Of a stretch of DNA of 64,000 nt, positions 29,116 to 41,209 are shown one piece after another. Numbering within the stretch: position 1 is the stretch's first letter; the number at the start of each line of letters is the position of its first letter. The stretch spans positions 2,911,281 to 2,975,280 of the forward strand of contig NZ_CP102577.1 of NCBI RefSeq assembly GCF_042231735.1. The letters run 5' to 3'. Origin of the DNA: Corallococcus exercitus (lineage in GTDB: Bacteria > Myxococcota > Myxococcia > Myxococcales > Myxococcaceae). The notes beneath the pieces are model-generated. The model searched no databases and was not told the DNA's origin. It was given only the letters and a program-made list of their open reading frames with translations. A program made the position numbers and the translations under genes.

Positions 29116-29418
29116 TCAGGGGAACGGCAGGTTCAGCACGAAGTAGAACGAGTCGTAATAGATCTGGTACGCCTCGAGGAACAGGTCGATGACGTTGGTC
29201 TGCTTGTCCTCGTTCCAGCGGATCTTCACCGTGGCGCCGATGACGAGCCCGACGATCAACACCCAGTTGATCATCGAGTACTCCACCATGGCCTGGCCAC
29301 GACGGGCCCGGCGCGGGGAGCGCGGCGGTGACTTCCGGGGGCTGTTCACGGGGGGAGCGTGCACGTCCGACGTCATGTCCCCATTATCCAGGACCCGGGC
29401 CCCGGACACATCGGTCAT
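29116..29418 (-). CDS. Putative Flp/Fap-type pilin (class III prepilin) with long leader
   Basis: ...RRARRG|QAMVEYSMINWVLIVGLVIGATVK resembles Flp G/xxxxEY processing motif followed by a hydrophobic helix; start uncertain (M1 or M15). Confidence 0.5.
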   Translation of the reverse strand: MTDVSGARVLDNGDMTSDVHAPPVNSPRKSPPRSPRRARRGQAMVEYSMINWVLIVGLVIGATVKIRWNEDKQTNVIDLFLEAYQIYYDSFYFVLNLPFP

Positions 29419-29435
29419 GTGGACTGCCCCCTCCC

Positions 29436-30872
29436 CTACTGCGCGGGCTTGGAGGGGGCGGCCTTGGCAGGAGCCGACGCGGGCGCCGCGGGAGGCGTGG
29501 CCTGACGCAGGCGGCGCTGGGCCAGCTGGGCCGCGCTGGAGCCGGGGGCCTCGGTGATGATCTGCCCGCAGACGGTGGCGGCTTCCTGGCTCCGGCCCTG
29601 GACGGACTCGGACTCGCAGAGCCGTGAGAGCAGCGCCAGCCGCTCGCTGCCCGTGGCTCCGGCCGCGAGCGCGGCGCGCAGCAGCTGCGCTTCCCGGGCG
29701 CGGTTCCCCTGGTTGGCGGCGGCCTGGGCCTGGGCGGCCAGGTCGCGCGACGTCATCGCCTCGTCAGCGGAGGCGGACTTCTCCACGGGCCTGGGCTTCG
29801 CGGCCTCGACGCGGGCAGCGGTCTCCTGCTTCGGTTCCGCGGACGGGAGCGTCGTGGTCGCCGGCGGGGACTGCCGGTCCAGCGCGCCCGTGGGGGCGGG
29901 AGCCATGGCCTCGGCCATGGGCGCGGAGGCCGCGGAAGGAGGAGGCGGCGGGGGCGCGCCGGCGGCCATGCCTTCGGCGTCTTCGTCCATGGAGAGCCCA
30001 CGGCCATAGGACGCACCGCCCAGCCGCAGGGAGTCGGTCTTCGCGACCTTCCCCTTGTCGCTGCTTCCACCCGGTGCGCGGCGCGGCGCGGAGGCGTCCT
30101 TCATGGCGAGGGCGCTGTCGGCCTCCTCTTCCTTCGGAGGCGACTGCTGCGCGGCCGGGGCCTGCTCGAGAGAAGCGAATCCGTCGTCCGCGTCCCGGAC
30201 GGCCTTGGACATCTTCTTCCTCGGTGCGTCGGTGTTCGCGCGGCGCTGCTCCAGCAGCGCGCCACCGCTGCCCGCGTTCATCCAATCCGACGGACGGACG
30301 TTGGCCGCGCCCTTGAGCTCCGCGCGCGCTTCGGCCTGCTTCCGTTCGGCGAGCTCATCCACCACCGGCTCGGACGCGGCCGGCTCCGGAGGCGCGCTCG
30401 AAGGCGCAGGCGGGGGCATCAGGGCTCTCGAAGCGCGGTCGCCTCGAGCGTCCGCCTCCTTCGCCGCCTCCGCCACCACCGGGCTGGAGGCCTTCTGCGA
30501 CAGGTTTGGCTCCAGGTGGAGGTTCTCGCTGACCGTCAACGTGAGGAGGCCGAAGGTGCTCACCGTGGCCAGGCCCACCGCGGGCAGCAGCCAGCGGCGC
30601 CAGCGCGAGGGCTTCGGCTCGGGCCCGGCGGCGGCGCGGCGCGCGGACTGCTGCGCGTACGCGAGCAGCGACTCCAGGCCCGCGTCCGGCGCGGGTTCTG
30701 ACGACAGCTGCGCCATGGTGCTCCGCACGCCGCGGATGTCCGCCAGCGCCTTCGTGCAGCGCGCGCAGCCCTGGACGTGCTGCTCCAGCGACTGGGCCTC
30801 CGACGCGGGCAGCTCGCCATAGGCGAAGTCGAGGAGCCGGTCCTCGTGCGCGTGGGCATTCTGGGCACTCAT
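29436..30872 (-). CDS. Membrane anti-sigma factor (zf-HC2/ChrR-like N-terminus, TM, Ala/Pro-rich periplasmic region)
   Basis: HVQGCARCTKAL zinc-finger motif, TM WRRWLLPAVGLATVSTFGLLTL; ATGA overlap with ECF sigma gene. Confidence 0.7.
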   Translation of the reverse strand: MSAQNAHAHEDRLLDFAYGELPASEAQSLEQHVQGCARCTKALADIRGVRSTMAQLSSEPAPDAGLESLLAYAQQSARRAAAGPEPKPSRWRRWLLPAVGLATVSTFGLLTLTVSENLHLEPNLSQKASSPVVAEAAKEADARGDRASRALMPPPAPSSAPPEPAASEPVVDELAERKQAEARAELKGAANVRPSDWMNAGSGGALLEQRRANTDAPRKKMSKAVRDADDGFASLEQAPAAQQSPPKEEEADSALAMKDASAPRRAPGGSSDKGKVAKTDSLRLGGASYGRGLSMDEDAEGMAAGAPPPPPPSAASAPMAEAMAPAPTGALDRQSPPATTTLPSAEPKQETAARVEAAKPRPVEKSASADEAMTSRDLAAQAQAAANQGNRAREAQLLRAALAAGATGSERLALLSRLCESESVQGRSQEAATVCGQIITEAPGSSAAQLAQRRLRQATPPAAPASAPAKAAPSKPAQ

Positions 30873-31516
30873 CCCGCCACCGTCCTTCCATCCTCCGACA
30901 GGTCGCCATCCACGCCCAGCTCTCCCAGGCGGCGGCGCAGGCCCTCCAGCGCGTAGCGCATCCGGCTCTTCACCGTGTTCTCGGACACGCCCGTCACCTC
31001 GGCGATCTCCTTGAACGGGATGCCGCTGTACTCACGCAGCACGAACACCTCGCGCTGCTCCTCCGGCAGGGCCGACAGGGCCCGCTCCAGCAGGGGCCGC
31101 AGGCGCGCGTTGTGCGCCCCGCGCTCCGGACTGGCGCCGGCATCCGGCAGCCCCTCGCCCAGCGGACGTCCCTCGTCCCCGTCGGTACCCGCCGCGGGGG
31201 CTTCCAGGGACGTGGCCTGGCGGTAGCTCTCTTTGCGCGTGCTGTCCACGCAGAGGTTCCTCGCGATGGTGTACAGCCAGGTCGTGAACCGGGCCTTGGG
31301 CTCGTATTCCCGGGCGCTGCGGACCACCTTGAGCCACGTCTCCTGCAGCACGTCCTCCGCCCGTGCCCGCTGCCCCACGAAGCGCAGGATGAAGTTGAAC
31401 ACCGGCGCGCGGTGCTTGCGCACCAACGCTTCGAACGCGCGCGCGTCTCCCGCCTGGAAGGCGAGCATCAGCTGCTCGTCTGAGGTTTCGGGTGCCAAAC
31501 TTCCCCCAGTGCCCAT
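30869..31516 (-). CDS. ECF (RpoE-like) sigma-70 family sigma factor
   Basis: Region 2 (VFNFILRFVG...DVLQETWLKV) and region 4 (EVFVLREYSGIPFKEIAEVTGVSENTVKSRMRYA); start ATG 31516 (MGTGGS). Confidence 0.85.
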   Translation of the reverse strand: MGTGGSLAPETSDEQLMLAFQAGDARAFEALVRKHRAPVFNFILRFVGQRARAEDVLQETWLKVVRSAREYEPKARFTTWLYTIARNLCVDSTRKESYRQATSLEAPAAGTDGDEGRPLGEGLPDAGASPERGAHNARLRPLLERALSALPEEQREVFVLREYSGIPFKEIAEVTGVSENTVKSRMRYALEGLRRRLGELGVDGDLSEDGRTVAG

Positions 31517-31580
31517 GAAGCCACGGGTGCCATCCCCTTCACCGCCCACGGCCTGTAACGGACAGCCGTGCGCGAAAGGT

Positions 31581-31994
31581 CTATTCCGGCCGTGGCCGCC
31601 GGTAAGTGGCGAGAATGACAGGGACCGCCACCCCTGTCACCAGAAGTGCCTGCGCCAGCAGCACCGCCGGCAGCGGGCGCTGCACGTGCACGTACAGCGA
31701 GCGGCCAAGCCCCACCCCCAACAGGACGCCTGTCAGCGTGCGCAGCCAGTTGGAACCGGACGCGGGCCGGAAGCGTCCCACCGCCCAGTCCACCAGCGCG
31801 GGCAGCGTGAGGGCCAGCACCACCGGCACGTCCCGCTCCCACTGGAGCGGCGCCTTCAGCGCGAACAGCCCCAGGAACACGGCGGCGAGCACCGGGTACG
31901 TGCCCAGGCACCGCGCGCACACGCGCACGCCCGCGAGCACGTACGTGCGGTTGTACTCATCCGGGTGATGATGGCTGAGCCAGAACACCGGCAC
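31581..31994 (-). CDS. DUF2085 family membrane protein
   Basis: [28 protein letters not shown] signature; probable GTG start (31994/31988) overlapping 3' end of upstream ABC gene. Confidence 0.5.
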   Translation of the reverse strand: MPVFWLSHHHPDEYNRTYVLAGVRVCARCLGTYPVLAAVFLGLFALKAPLQWERDVPVVLALTLPALVDWAVGRFRPASGSNWLRTLTGVLLGVGLGRSLYVHVQRPLPAVLLAQALLVTGVAVPVILATYRRPRPE

Positions 31995-33008
31995 CTCCCG
32001 CGGACGCGGAAACAGAAGTCCCTTCCTGCGCGTTCCGCGAATCCCCTTCCGCCAGGAAGCACGCCGCGGCGTGGCCTCCGCCCAGCGGATACAGCGGCGG
32101 CGACTCGCGCCGGCAGCGCTCCATCGCATGGGGGCAGCGCGGGTGGAACGCGCAGCCGGTCGGCGGCGACAGGGGCGAGGGCGGCTCTCCCGGCAGGAGC
32201 AGCCGCGCGCGGGGACGCTCCGGATCCGGCACCGGCACCGCGGACAGCAGGGCCTGCGTGTACGGATGGCGAGGCCCGGCGTACAGCGCCCGCGACGGCG
32301 CCACCTCCACGATGCGCCCCAGGTACATCACCGCCACGCGCGTGGACACGTACTCCACAATCTTCAGGTCGTGCGCGATGAAGACGTAGGTGAGCCCGCG
32401 CTCGCGCTGCAGGTCCACCAGCAGGTTGACGATCTGCGCCTGGATGGAGACGTCCAGCGCGCTGATGGGCTCGTCCGCCACCACCAGGTCCGGACGCAAC
32501 GCGATGGCACGTGCAATGCCAATGCGTTGGCGCTGGCCGCCGGAGAACTCGTGCGGGTAGCGGTGCCGCGCCTCGCGGGGCAGCCCCATGGCGTCCAGCA
32601 GCGCCAGCACCTCGTCCTCGCGCGCCTTGCCCTTCGCGAGGCCATGGATGGCGAAGGGCTCCGCGAGGATGTCCCCCACCGTCATGCGCGGGTTGAGCGA
32701 CGCGTACGGATCCTGGAACACGAGCTGCATCTGCCGGCGCAGCGGCCGCAGCTCGCGCTGCGACAGGCCGGTCAGCTCGCGCCCGGCCACGCGGATGGAG
32801 CCGGAGGTCGGGTCGATGAGGCGCAGCACCGCGCGCCCCAGGGTGCTCTTGCCGCAGCCGCTCTCCCCCACCAGGCCCAGCGTCTCGCCCCGGGCGACGT
32901 CGAAGGACACGCCGTCCACCGCGCGCACCGTGCCGCGCGTCCGGCCCAGCCAGCCGCCCTTCACCGGGAAGTGCACCTTCAGGTCGCGCACCTGGACCAG
33001 GGGCTCGC

Positions 33009-33012
<4 letters not shown>
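31957..33012 (-). CDS. ABC transporter ATP-binding protein (OppF/DppF type); no permease or SBP gene adjacent
   Basis: Start [13 protein letters not shown] (ATGA overlap with upstream gene); Walker [10 protein letters not shown], signature FSGGQRQR, C-terminal oligopeptide-ABC extension. Confidence 0.85.
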
Positions 33013-34042
<1,030 letters not shown>

Positions 34043-34046
<4 letters not shown>

Positions 34047-35038
34047 TTCTGGGCCAGTTCCTCCAGGAACTCCGCCTCCTGGATGAGCCCCTTGCGGATG
34101 AGCAGGCGGATGAGGCTCGCGACCATGCGCGCGGGCTTCACCTTCTCCGTGTCCAGGCTGGCCTCCTCGCCGCGCGAGATGCGGTCGATGTCGTCCAGCA
34201 CCGCCAGGTCCTCCTCGGAGAAGTCCGGCTTGGGCGTGAGCGCCACGGACGGCTTCGAGCCCTGCGCGGCGCCGCCGAAGAGCACCACCGGCACGCGCGG
34301 CTTGCTCGGGTCCTCCGGTTCGGAGGGCGGCGGGGGCGGCGGCCGGGCCGCGGCGGGAGGAGGCGGCGGGGGCTTCGGGGCCTTGGGACGGGGCTTGGAG
34401 CCCAGGATGTCCTCCAGCACCTCCGCGCCGTCGACGCCCGAGTCGTGCGGCGGCGGAGGAGGCAGGTCCCAGTCCAGCGCCGGCGGCGCGGGCGGGCGCG
34501 GCGGCGCCGGGGGCCGCGCGGCGGCGGGAGGCGGCGGCGGCAGGATGTCCGGCGAATCGTCTTCGTCCATGTCCATCGGTTCAGCCTCCACGATGTCCAG
34601 GGGCTCGCCCCGGCCGCGCGCGAGCGCCTGCTCCATGTCATCCGGCGCGGCGACGAACACCTTGAGCTGCTTGCGCAGCTGGAAGCGCAGCTCGTCCACC
34701 AGCGTCAGGTTGCCCGGGTCCTCCACCGCGACGTGGATCCGCTCACTGCGGCCTTCCTGCTCCGACGCGAAGAGGAGCACCCGGTGCTCGTTCTGGAAGT
34801 CCATGGACACCAGCGAGGACACCCCGTGCGGGATGTACTCGGGGATCTCCACGAACGGCAGCGCGTGCTGCGCCGCCAGCGCCCGCGCGATGTCCCGGCC
34901 GGTGCACAGGCCCATGGACACCAGCACCTCGCCCAGCTTGCGGCCCTGGCCGCGACGCCCGGAGGCCAGGGCCTGCTTCACCTGCTCGTCCGTCACCACT
35001 CCGGCCTGGACGAGGAGTTCACCAATCTTCTTGCGCAT
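34043..35038 (-). CDS. Standalone T2SSE_N/MshEN-domain protein (predicted c-di-GMP receptor) with Pro-rich linker and C-terminal amphipathic helix
   Basis: [54 protein letters not shown] = tandem MshEN 24-residue motifs; ATGA overlap with downstream ABC ATPase. Confidence 0.7.
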
Positions 35039-35047
35039 GGCCGGGGG

Positions 35048-35800
35048 CTACCGCTTGACCTTGGCGAGGTATTCCTCGCGGGAGAAAACGCCCTTCTCGA
35101 TGAGCAGCTCCACCATGGCCTTCAGCGCCGCGACCTCCTTGCGCTGGACCTCCTCCACGCTCTTGAGCAGCTCCGCGGGGCTGCCGGAGGCCGCCTGACG
35201 GGGAGGCTCCGCGGGGGGAGGCGGCCGGGCCGGGGGCGCGGCGGCGGGCTTGGGGGACATGGCCACGGCGGCGGCCGGGTCCAGGTCCTTCAGGTTCTTC
35301 ACGACGGTGCGGCCCTGCGCGTCCACCACCTTGAAGTTGGTGTCCGCGTCCTCCAGCTCCGCCGTCTCCTCGTAGAGGCGCGCGAACGCCCGCGCCACGG
35401 AGGTGCGCCCCGCCACGTTGGCCACGATGCGGCACTTGGACAGGGCCCGCAGCTCGTCCAGCACCCGCACGTTGAGCGGGTCCGACATGGCGACCACGAG
35501 CGTCTTGCCGTCGTCGCGCAGCTGCAGCGGCACGACGGAGAAGTCGCGCGCCGTCTGCGCGGGAATCTTCGCCTTCACGTGCGGCGGCACCATCTGCACG
35601 GCGTCCAGGTTCACCGCCGGCATGCCGAGCTGCTTCGACAGGGCGCGCACGAGGATGTCCTCGGAGACGAGGTTCATGCGGACGAGGATCTCGCCCAGCT
35701 TCCCGCCCCACTTGGCCTGCTCGGCGAGCGCCGCCTTGAGCTGGCTCTCCTGCAGGACGTTCGCCTTGATCAGCAGTTCTCCGAGCTTGATCTGTGCCAT
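35048..35800 (-). CDS. Standalone T2SSE_N/MshEN-domain protein, paralogue of preceding gene
   Basis: KLGELLIKANVLQESQLKAALAEQAKWGGKLGEILVRMNLVSEDILVRALSKQ; same architecture and similar C-terminal helix. Confidence 0.7.
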   Translation of the reverse strand: MAQIKLGELLIKANVLQESQLKAALAEQAKWGGKLGEILVRMNLVSEDILVRALSKQLGMPAVNLDAVQMVPPHVKAKIPAQTARDFSVVPLQLRDDGKTLVVAMSDPLNVRVLDELRALSKCRIVANVAGRTSVARAFARLYEETAELEDADTNFKVVDAQGRTVVKNLKDLDPAAAVAMSPKPAAAPPARPPPPAEPPRQAASGSPAELLKSVEEVQRKEVAALKAMVELLIEKGVFSREEYLAKVKR

Positions 35801-35859
35801 GTCGTGCGCGCCATAGTACCCGGTTTGCGCCGGTGTGCTGCCTTTCGACGCCTGGATGC

Positions 35860-36690
35860 TCAGGAACCCGGCGCGGGGGGCGGGGGCGACACCGGCCCCC
35901 CCGAGCGGACTTCCTGGCCCCGTGCGTCGACGTCCACCACCCGGGCCCCCTCGGGCGCCCCCAGCTCATAGAGCGTCAGGTCCGGGCGGCCGTTGAGGCG
36001 GATGTCCGTGTACTTCAGGTCCAGCTTCGTGTCCGCCGTGGAGGCGATGAGGTGCACCTTGCCGGGGAAGAGCTGGTCGCCGCGCGGCTCGAAGTCCTCG
36101 AACGCCAGGTCGTAGCCCGGCACGCCCCGGACCTCGCTCTTCACCACGCGCAGGTGCTTGGGATCCACGCGGAGTGTCTGCGTCGCGGCTCCCCGCTGGA
36201 GCTTCAGCACGTACACCCGCTCCTGCTCGTCCAGCTCCAGGGTCATGGACTCCGGGGGTAGGAGGGGGACCTGGCCCAGCATCACCGCCACCAGCTCCTC
36301 GCTCGGCAGGACGACGGGCAGGAAGCGGGACACGTTCTCCGCGCTCGCAGGGCCCTGGAGGTATGTGTTCTCCCGCGCCTGGTAGACGCCGAAGCGCTCA
36401 CCGTCGGAGACGAGCGAGGCCACCGGGCGGTTGAAGAAGTCGTACGTCTCCAGGTGGATGAGGGCCGGACGGGTGATGGAGAGGTACGCGGAGAGCGTGC
36501 CGCTGCCCTGGGGCGAGTCGACGTGCAGCTTGGCGTCGCCCTCCAGGTTCACGACCTTCGCCTGCCGCTCGCGCACGTGCTGGTAGAGCGTCTGGGCGTC
36601 CTCGATGCGTCCCTCTGGACCGAACTCGAGGCGTTTGGGGCAGGCCGAACAGAGGAGGGCCAGGAAGATTGCGGCGGCTGCGCGGTTCAT
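35860..36690 (-). CDS. Lipoprotein (LolB/DUF4292-like fold suspected)
   Basis: MNRAAAAIFLALLCSAC lipobox; 276 aa. Confidence 0.6.
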   Translation of the reverse strand: MNRAAAAIFLALLCSACPKRLEFGPEGRIEDAQTLYQHVRERQAKVVNLEGDAKLHVDSPQGSGTLSAYLSITRPALIHLETYDFFNRPVASLVSDGERFGVYQARENTYLQGPASAENVSRFLPVVLPSEELVAVMLGQVPLLPPESMTLELDEQERVYVLKLQRGAATQTLRVDPKHLRVVKSEVRGVPGYDLAFEDFEPRGDQLFPGKVHLIASTADTKLDLKYTDIRLNGRPDLTLYELGAPEGARVVDVDARGQEVRSGGPVSPPPPAPGS

Positions 36691-36732
36691 ATGTCCTAGT
36701 GTGAGCCAGGGCCGCCTGCCCGGTCATCCATC

Positions 36733-37461
36733 ATGAATCTGAACGATCTACTTCATTACCTTCGCCTGGGCGGCGTCACCCTCGCCCTCCTCCTGGGCGC
36801 CTCCGTGGTGGCCCTGGGCGTGGCCATCGAGCGGCTCATCGCCCTCTGGGGTGTGAGCGAGCGCTCCCGCAACCTGGGGGAGATCGTCCAGAAGCACCTC
36901 CTGCGGGGGGACGTGGCCGCCGCCCGCACCGCCGCCGAGCGCTCCGACGCCGTGGCGGCCGACATCTTCCTCGCCGGCTTCGACCGCTGGGAGCGCTCGC
37001 GCTCCACCGGCGGCAACGGCATTGAGTCCGCCGTGGAGCGCGAGCGCGCGCAGGTGGGGCTCAAGCTGCGGCGCAACCTGTGGCTGCTCGCCACCATCGG
37101 TTCGACGACGCCCTTCGTGGGCCTCTTCGGCACCGTGGCCGGCATCATGCGTTCGTTCAAGGACCTGGGCGTGGACGTGGAGGCCGGCGGCACCGGCGGC
37201 TCCGCGGCCGTGATGATGGGCATCTCCGAGGCGCTCGTCGCCACCGCCGTGGGCATCCTCGTCGCCGTGCAGGCGATGGTCTTCTACAACTACTTCCAGG
37301 CCCGGCTGTCCCGGGTGCTGGTGGAGCTGCGCCTGCTGGGCGACGAGTTCGTGGAGGTCCTCAAGGAGCGCGCCGCCGGCGGGCCCCTGCCGGACGCCAC
37401 GCCCTCGCGCGAGAGCGCCACGCCCCCGGCCCCGCGGCCGGATCCGCAGCCCGCCTCGTAA
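36733..37461 (+). CDS. MotA/TolQ/ExbB proton-channel family protein
   Basis: 3 TM, conserved TIGSTTPFVGLFGTVAGIM motif. Confidence 0.85.
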   Translation: MNLNDLLHYLRLGGVTLALLLGASVVALGVAIERLIALWGVSERSRNLGEIVQKHLLRGDVAAARTAAERSDAVAADIFLAGFDRWERSRSTGGNGIESAVERERAQVGLKLRRNLWLLATIGSTTPFVGLFGTVAGIMRSFKDLGVDVEAGGTGGSAAVMMGISEALVATAVGILVAVQAMVFYNYFQARLSRVLVELRLLGDEFVEVLKERAAGGPLPDATPSRESATPPAPRPDPQPAS

Positions 37462-37476
37462 GGAGAGACGCCCACC

Positions 37477-37932
37477 ATGGCCATGGGAAAGACGCCCGGC
37501 TCGGGCGACGACGAGGTGGAGGGCGCGGGCTTCGCGGAGATCAACATCACGCCGCTGACGGACGTGATGCTCGTGCTGCTCATCATCTTCATGGTGACCA
37601 GCTCGGTCATCACCCAGCAGGGCCCGGGGGGCGGCGCCAAGGCGGGCCTCAAGGTGAACCTGCCCAAGGGCGGCGCCGCGGACGTCACCGCGAAGACGAC
37701 GGACCTGTCCGTGGCGGTGCTCGCGGACGGCCGCTTCGTGCTCGCGGGCAACGTCGTCGCGGAGGCGGAACTGAAGCAGGCCTTCGACGCCGCGAAGAAC
37801 CAGAACCCCGACACCGTGGTCATCGTGCAGGCGGACGAAGGCGTCCCCCACGGCACCGTGGTGCAGGTGATGGAGCTGGCGAAGAAGGCCGGCCTCGCGC
37901 AGCTCGCCATCGGCGTGCGCGACGGCGAATAG
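37477..37932 (+). CDS. ExbD/TolR biopolymer transport protein
   Basis: EINITPLTDVMLVLLIIFMV TM plus periplasmic domain; 151 aa. Confidence 0.85.
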   Translation: MAMGKTPGSGDDEVEGAGFAEINITPLTDVMLVLLIIFMVTSSVITQQGPGGGAKAGLKVNLPKGGAADVTAKTTDLSVAVLADGRFVLAGNVVAEAELKQAFDAAKNQNPDTVVIVQADEGVPHGTVVQVMELAKKAGLAQLAIGVRDGE

Positions 37933-38007
37933 GCGCTCGAAAGGTCAAAGGCCCTCCGGCACCACGTGCCGGAGGGCCTTCTTCATTTCAGGGCTTCAAG
38001 CCGGGCT

Positions 38008-39852
<1,845 letters not shown>

Positions 39853-40041
39853 GGCCCACTCCTGCGTGGGGGCTCGCTGCCTGCTTGCTTCCCGCAGGGC
39901 GGGAAAAAGAAAGGGTCAGCGGCCCATGTGACGCAGGAAGTGTGGCGTCGACTGATTTTTGAGTCAACCCAAGATGACACCCCGCGTTGAGCAGCGGTCG
40001 AAAGCTGCCCTGCCCGAACGCGGGATTTCGTCCTGGAACGC

Positions 40042-40740
40042 CTACTTCTTGGCCTTCTTCGCGGCCGGGAGGGACGCCGTCTTGGCGGCGGGCTTCTCCC
40101 GGGGGGCGGTCTTCTTGGACGAGGCTCCGGCGCGGGGCTCGTCCGCCTCCTCGTCGTCCTCGTCATCCTCGTCGCGGTCCCGCTCCGGGGCGGACGGCGG
40201 CGCGCTGGAGGCGGCCTCCGGGGTGGCGGGGGCCGGGACGACCAGGCTCTCGCGGGGCACCTCCACCACGATGGGGGACTGGCCGGAGCGCTGCCGGTTC
40301 TCGTCCTCCAGCGAGTAGAAGAGCTGAATCTGCGAGCCGCCCTTCATGACGAGCTCGCCCTTCTGGTTCTCCGCCCAGAGGTCGATTTCGACGAAGTACC
40401 GGCCGCCGGAGCCGTGCCGGTCGCTCACGCGGCCCTTGCAGACCACGGTGTCGCCCGGCCACACCATCTTGATGAAGCGGACGTTGTAGCGCCGCAGCTG
40501 CCCGCCGCGCGCCCAGTCGCTGATGAGCTGGCCGAGCATGCCCATGACGAGCATGCCGGGGGCGTAGACGGACGGCATGCCCACGCTCTTGGCGTAGAGC
40601 TCGTCCACGTGCACGGGGTTGTAGTCGCCGGAGGCGCCCGCGTAGCGCGACAGCTGGACGCGGTCCACCGGGGCCTTGGCCAGCGCCGGCAGCTCGTCAC
40701 CGACGCGGATGGATTCGAAGTAGAGCTTGCGCGCGGGCAT
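40042..40740 (-). CDS. MaoC-like (R)-specific enoyl-CoA hydratase hotdog protein with acidic then Lys/Ala-rich C-terminal tail
   Basis: YAGASGDYNPVHVDELYAKSVG hotdog motif; tail DRDEDDEDDEEADE...AAKKAKK. Confidence 0.75.
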   Translation of the reverse strand: MPARKLYFESIRVGDELPALAKAPVDRVQLSRYAGASGDYNPVHVDELYAKSVGMPSVYAPGMLVMGMLGQLISDWARGGQLRRYNVRFIKMVWPGDTVVCKGRVSDRHGSGGRYFVEIDLWAENQKGELVMKGGSQIQLFYSLEDENRQRSGQSPIVVEVPRESLVVPAPATPEAASSAPPSAPERDRDEDDEDDEEADEPRAGASSKKTAPREKPAAKTASLPAAKKAKK

Positions 40741-41189
40741 CAGGCGTTCTCCTTGGCGGCACGCACCACGAGGGTCCGGCGGGCGCGGAAGACGAGGTTG
40801 CCCTCTTCGTCCCGGCCTTCGTCCTCGATGACCGCGATGTCCATCTTGCCGGACATGCCCGGCCGCTCGAAGACGTCCGACACGCGGGTGGACACGTAGA
40901 TGCGGTCCCCCGCGAAGATGGGCCGCTCGTAGTCAAAGCCCTGTTCGGCGTGCAGCAGGCTCTTGATGCCCACCCCCAGCAGCTCCCGCAGGTCCGCGGC
41001 GGAATGGAACGACGCGGGGAACGTGGGCGGCGCGACGATGGTGGGGTAGCCCGAAGCACGGGCGTACTCCTCGTCGTAGTAGATGGGATTGTAGTCGCCA
41101 ATCGCCTCGGCGAAGCGCCGGATGGCGCCCTTCTCCACCTCGTTGAGCGTCGGCGGCGAGGCGCGGCCAATCGCGTTCTTGTCCAGCAT
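40740..41189 (-). CDS. MaoC N-terminal-like hotdog dehydratase subunit
   Basis: IRRFAEAIGDYNPIYYDEEYARASGYPTIVAPPTF; TGATG overlap with next gene. Confidence 0.7.
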   Translation of the reverse strand: MLDKNAIGRASPPTLNEVEKGAIRRFAEAIGDYNPIYYDEEYARASGYPTIVAPPTFPASFHSAADLRELLGVGIKSLLHAEQGFDYERPIFAGDRIYVSTRVSDVFERPGMSGKMDIAVIEDEGRDEEGNLVFRARRTLVVRAAKENA

Positions 41190-41209
41190 TTCCCTCTCCT
41201 GATGAACCT

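Noticed and set aside
36733-37932. MotA/ExbD pair considered as a Zorya (ZorAB) anti-phage module
   Set aside because: MotA homologue is only 242 aa with no long cytoplasmic tail; no ZorC/D/E genes; standard ExbB/ExbD-sized pair
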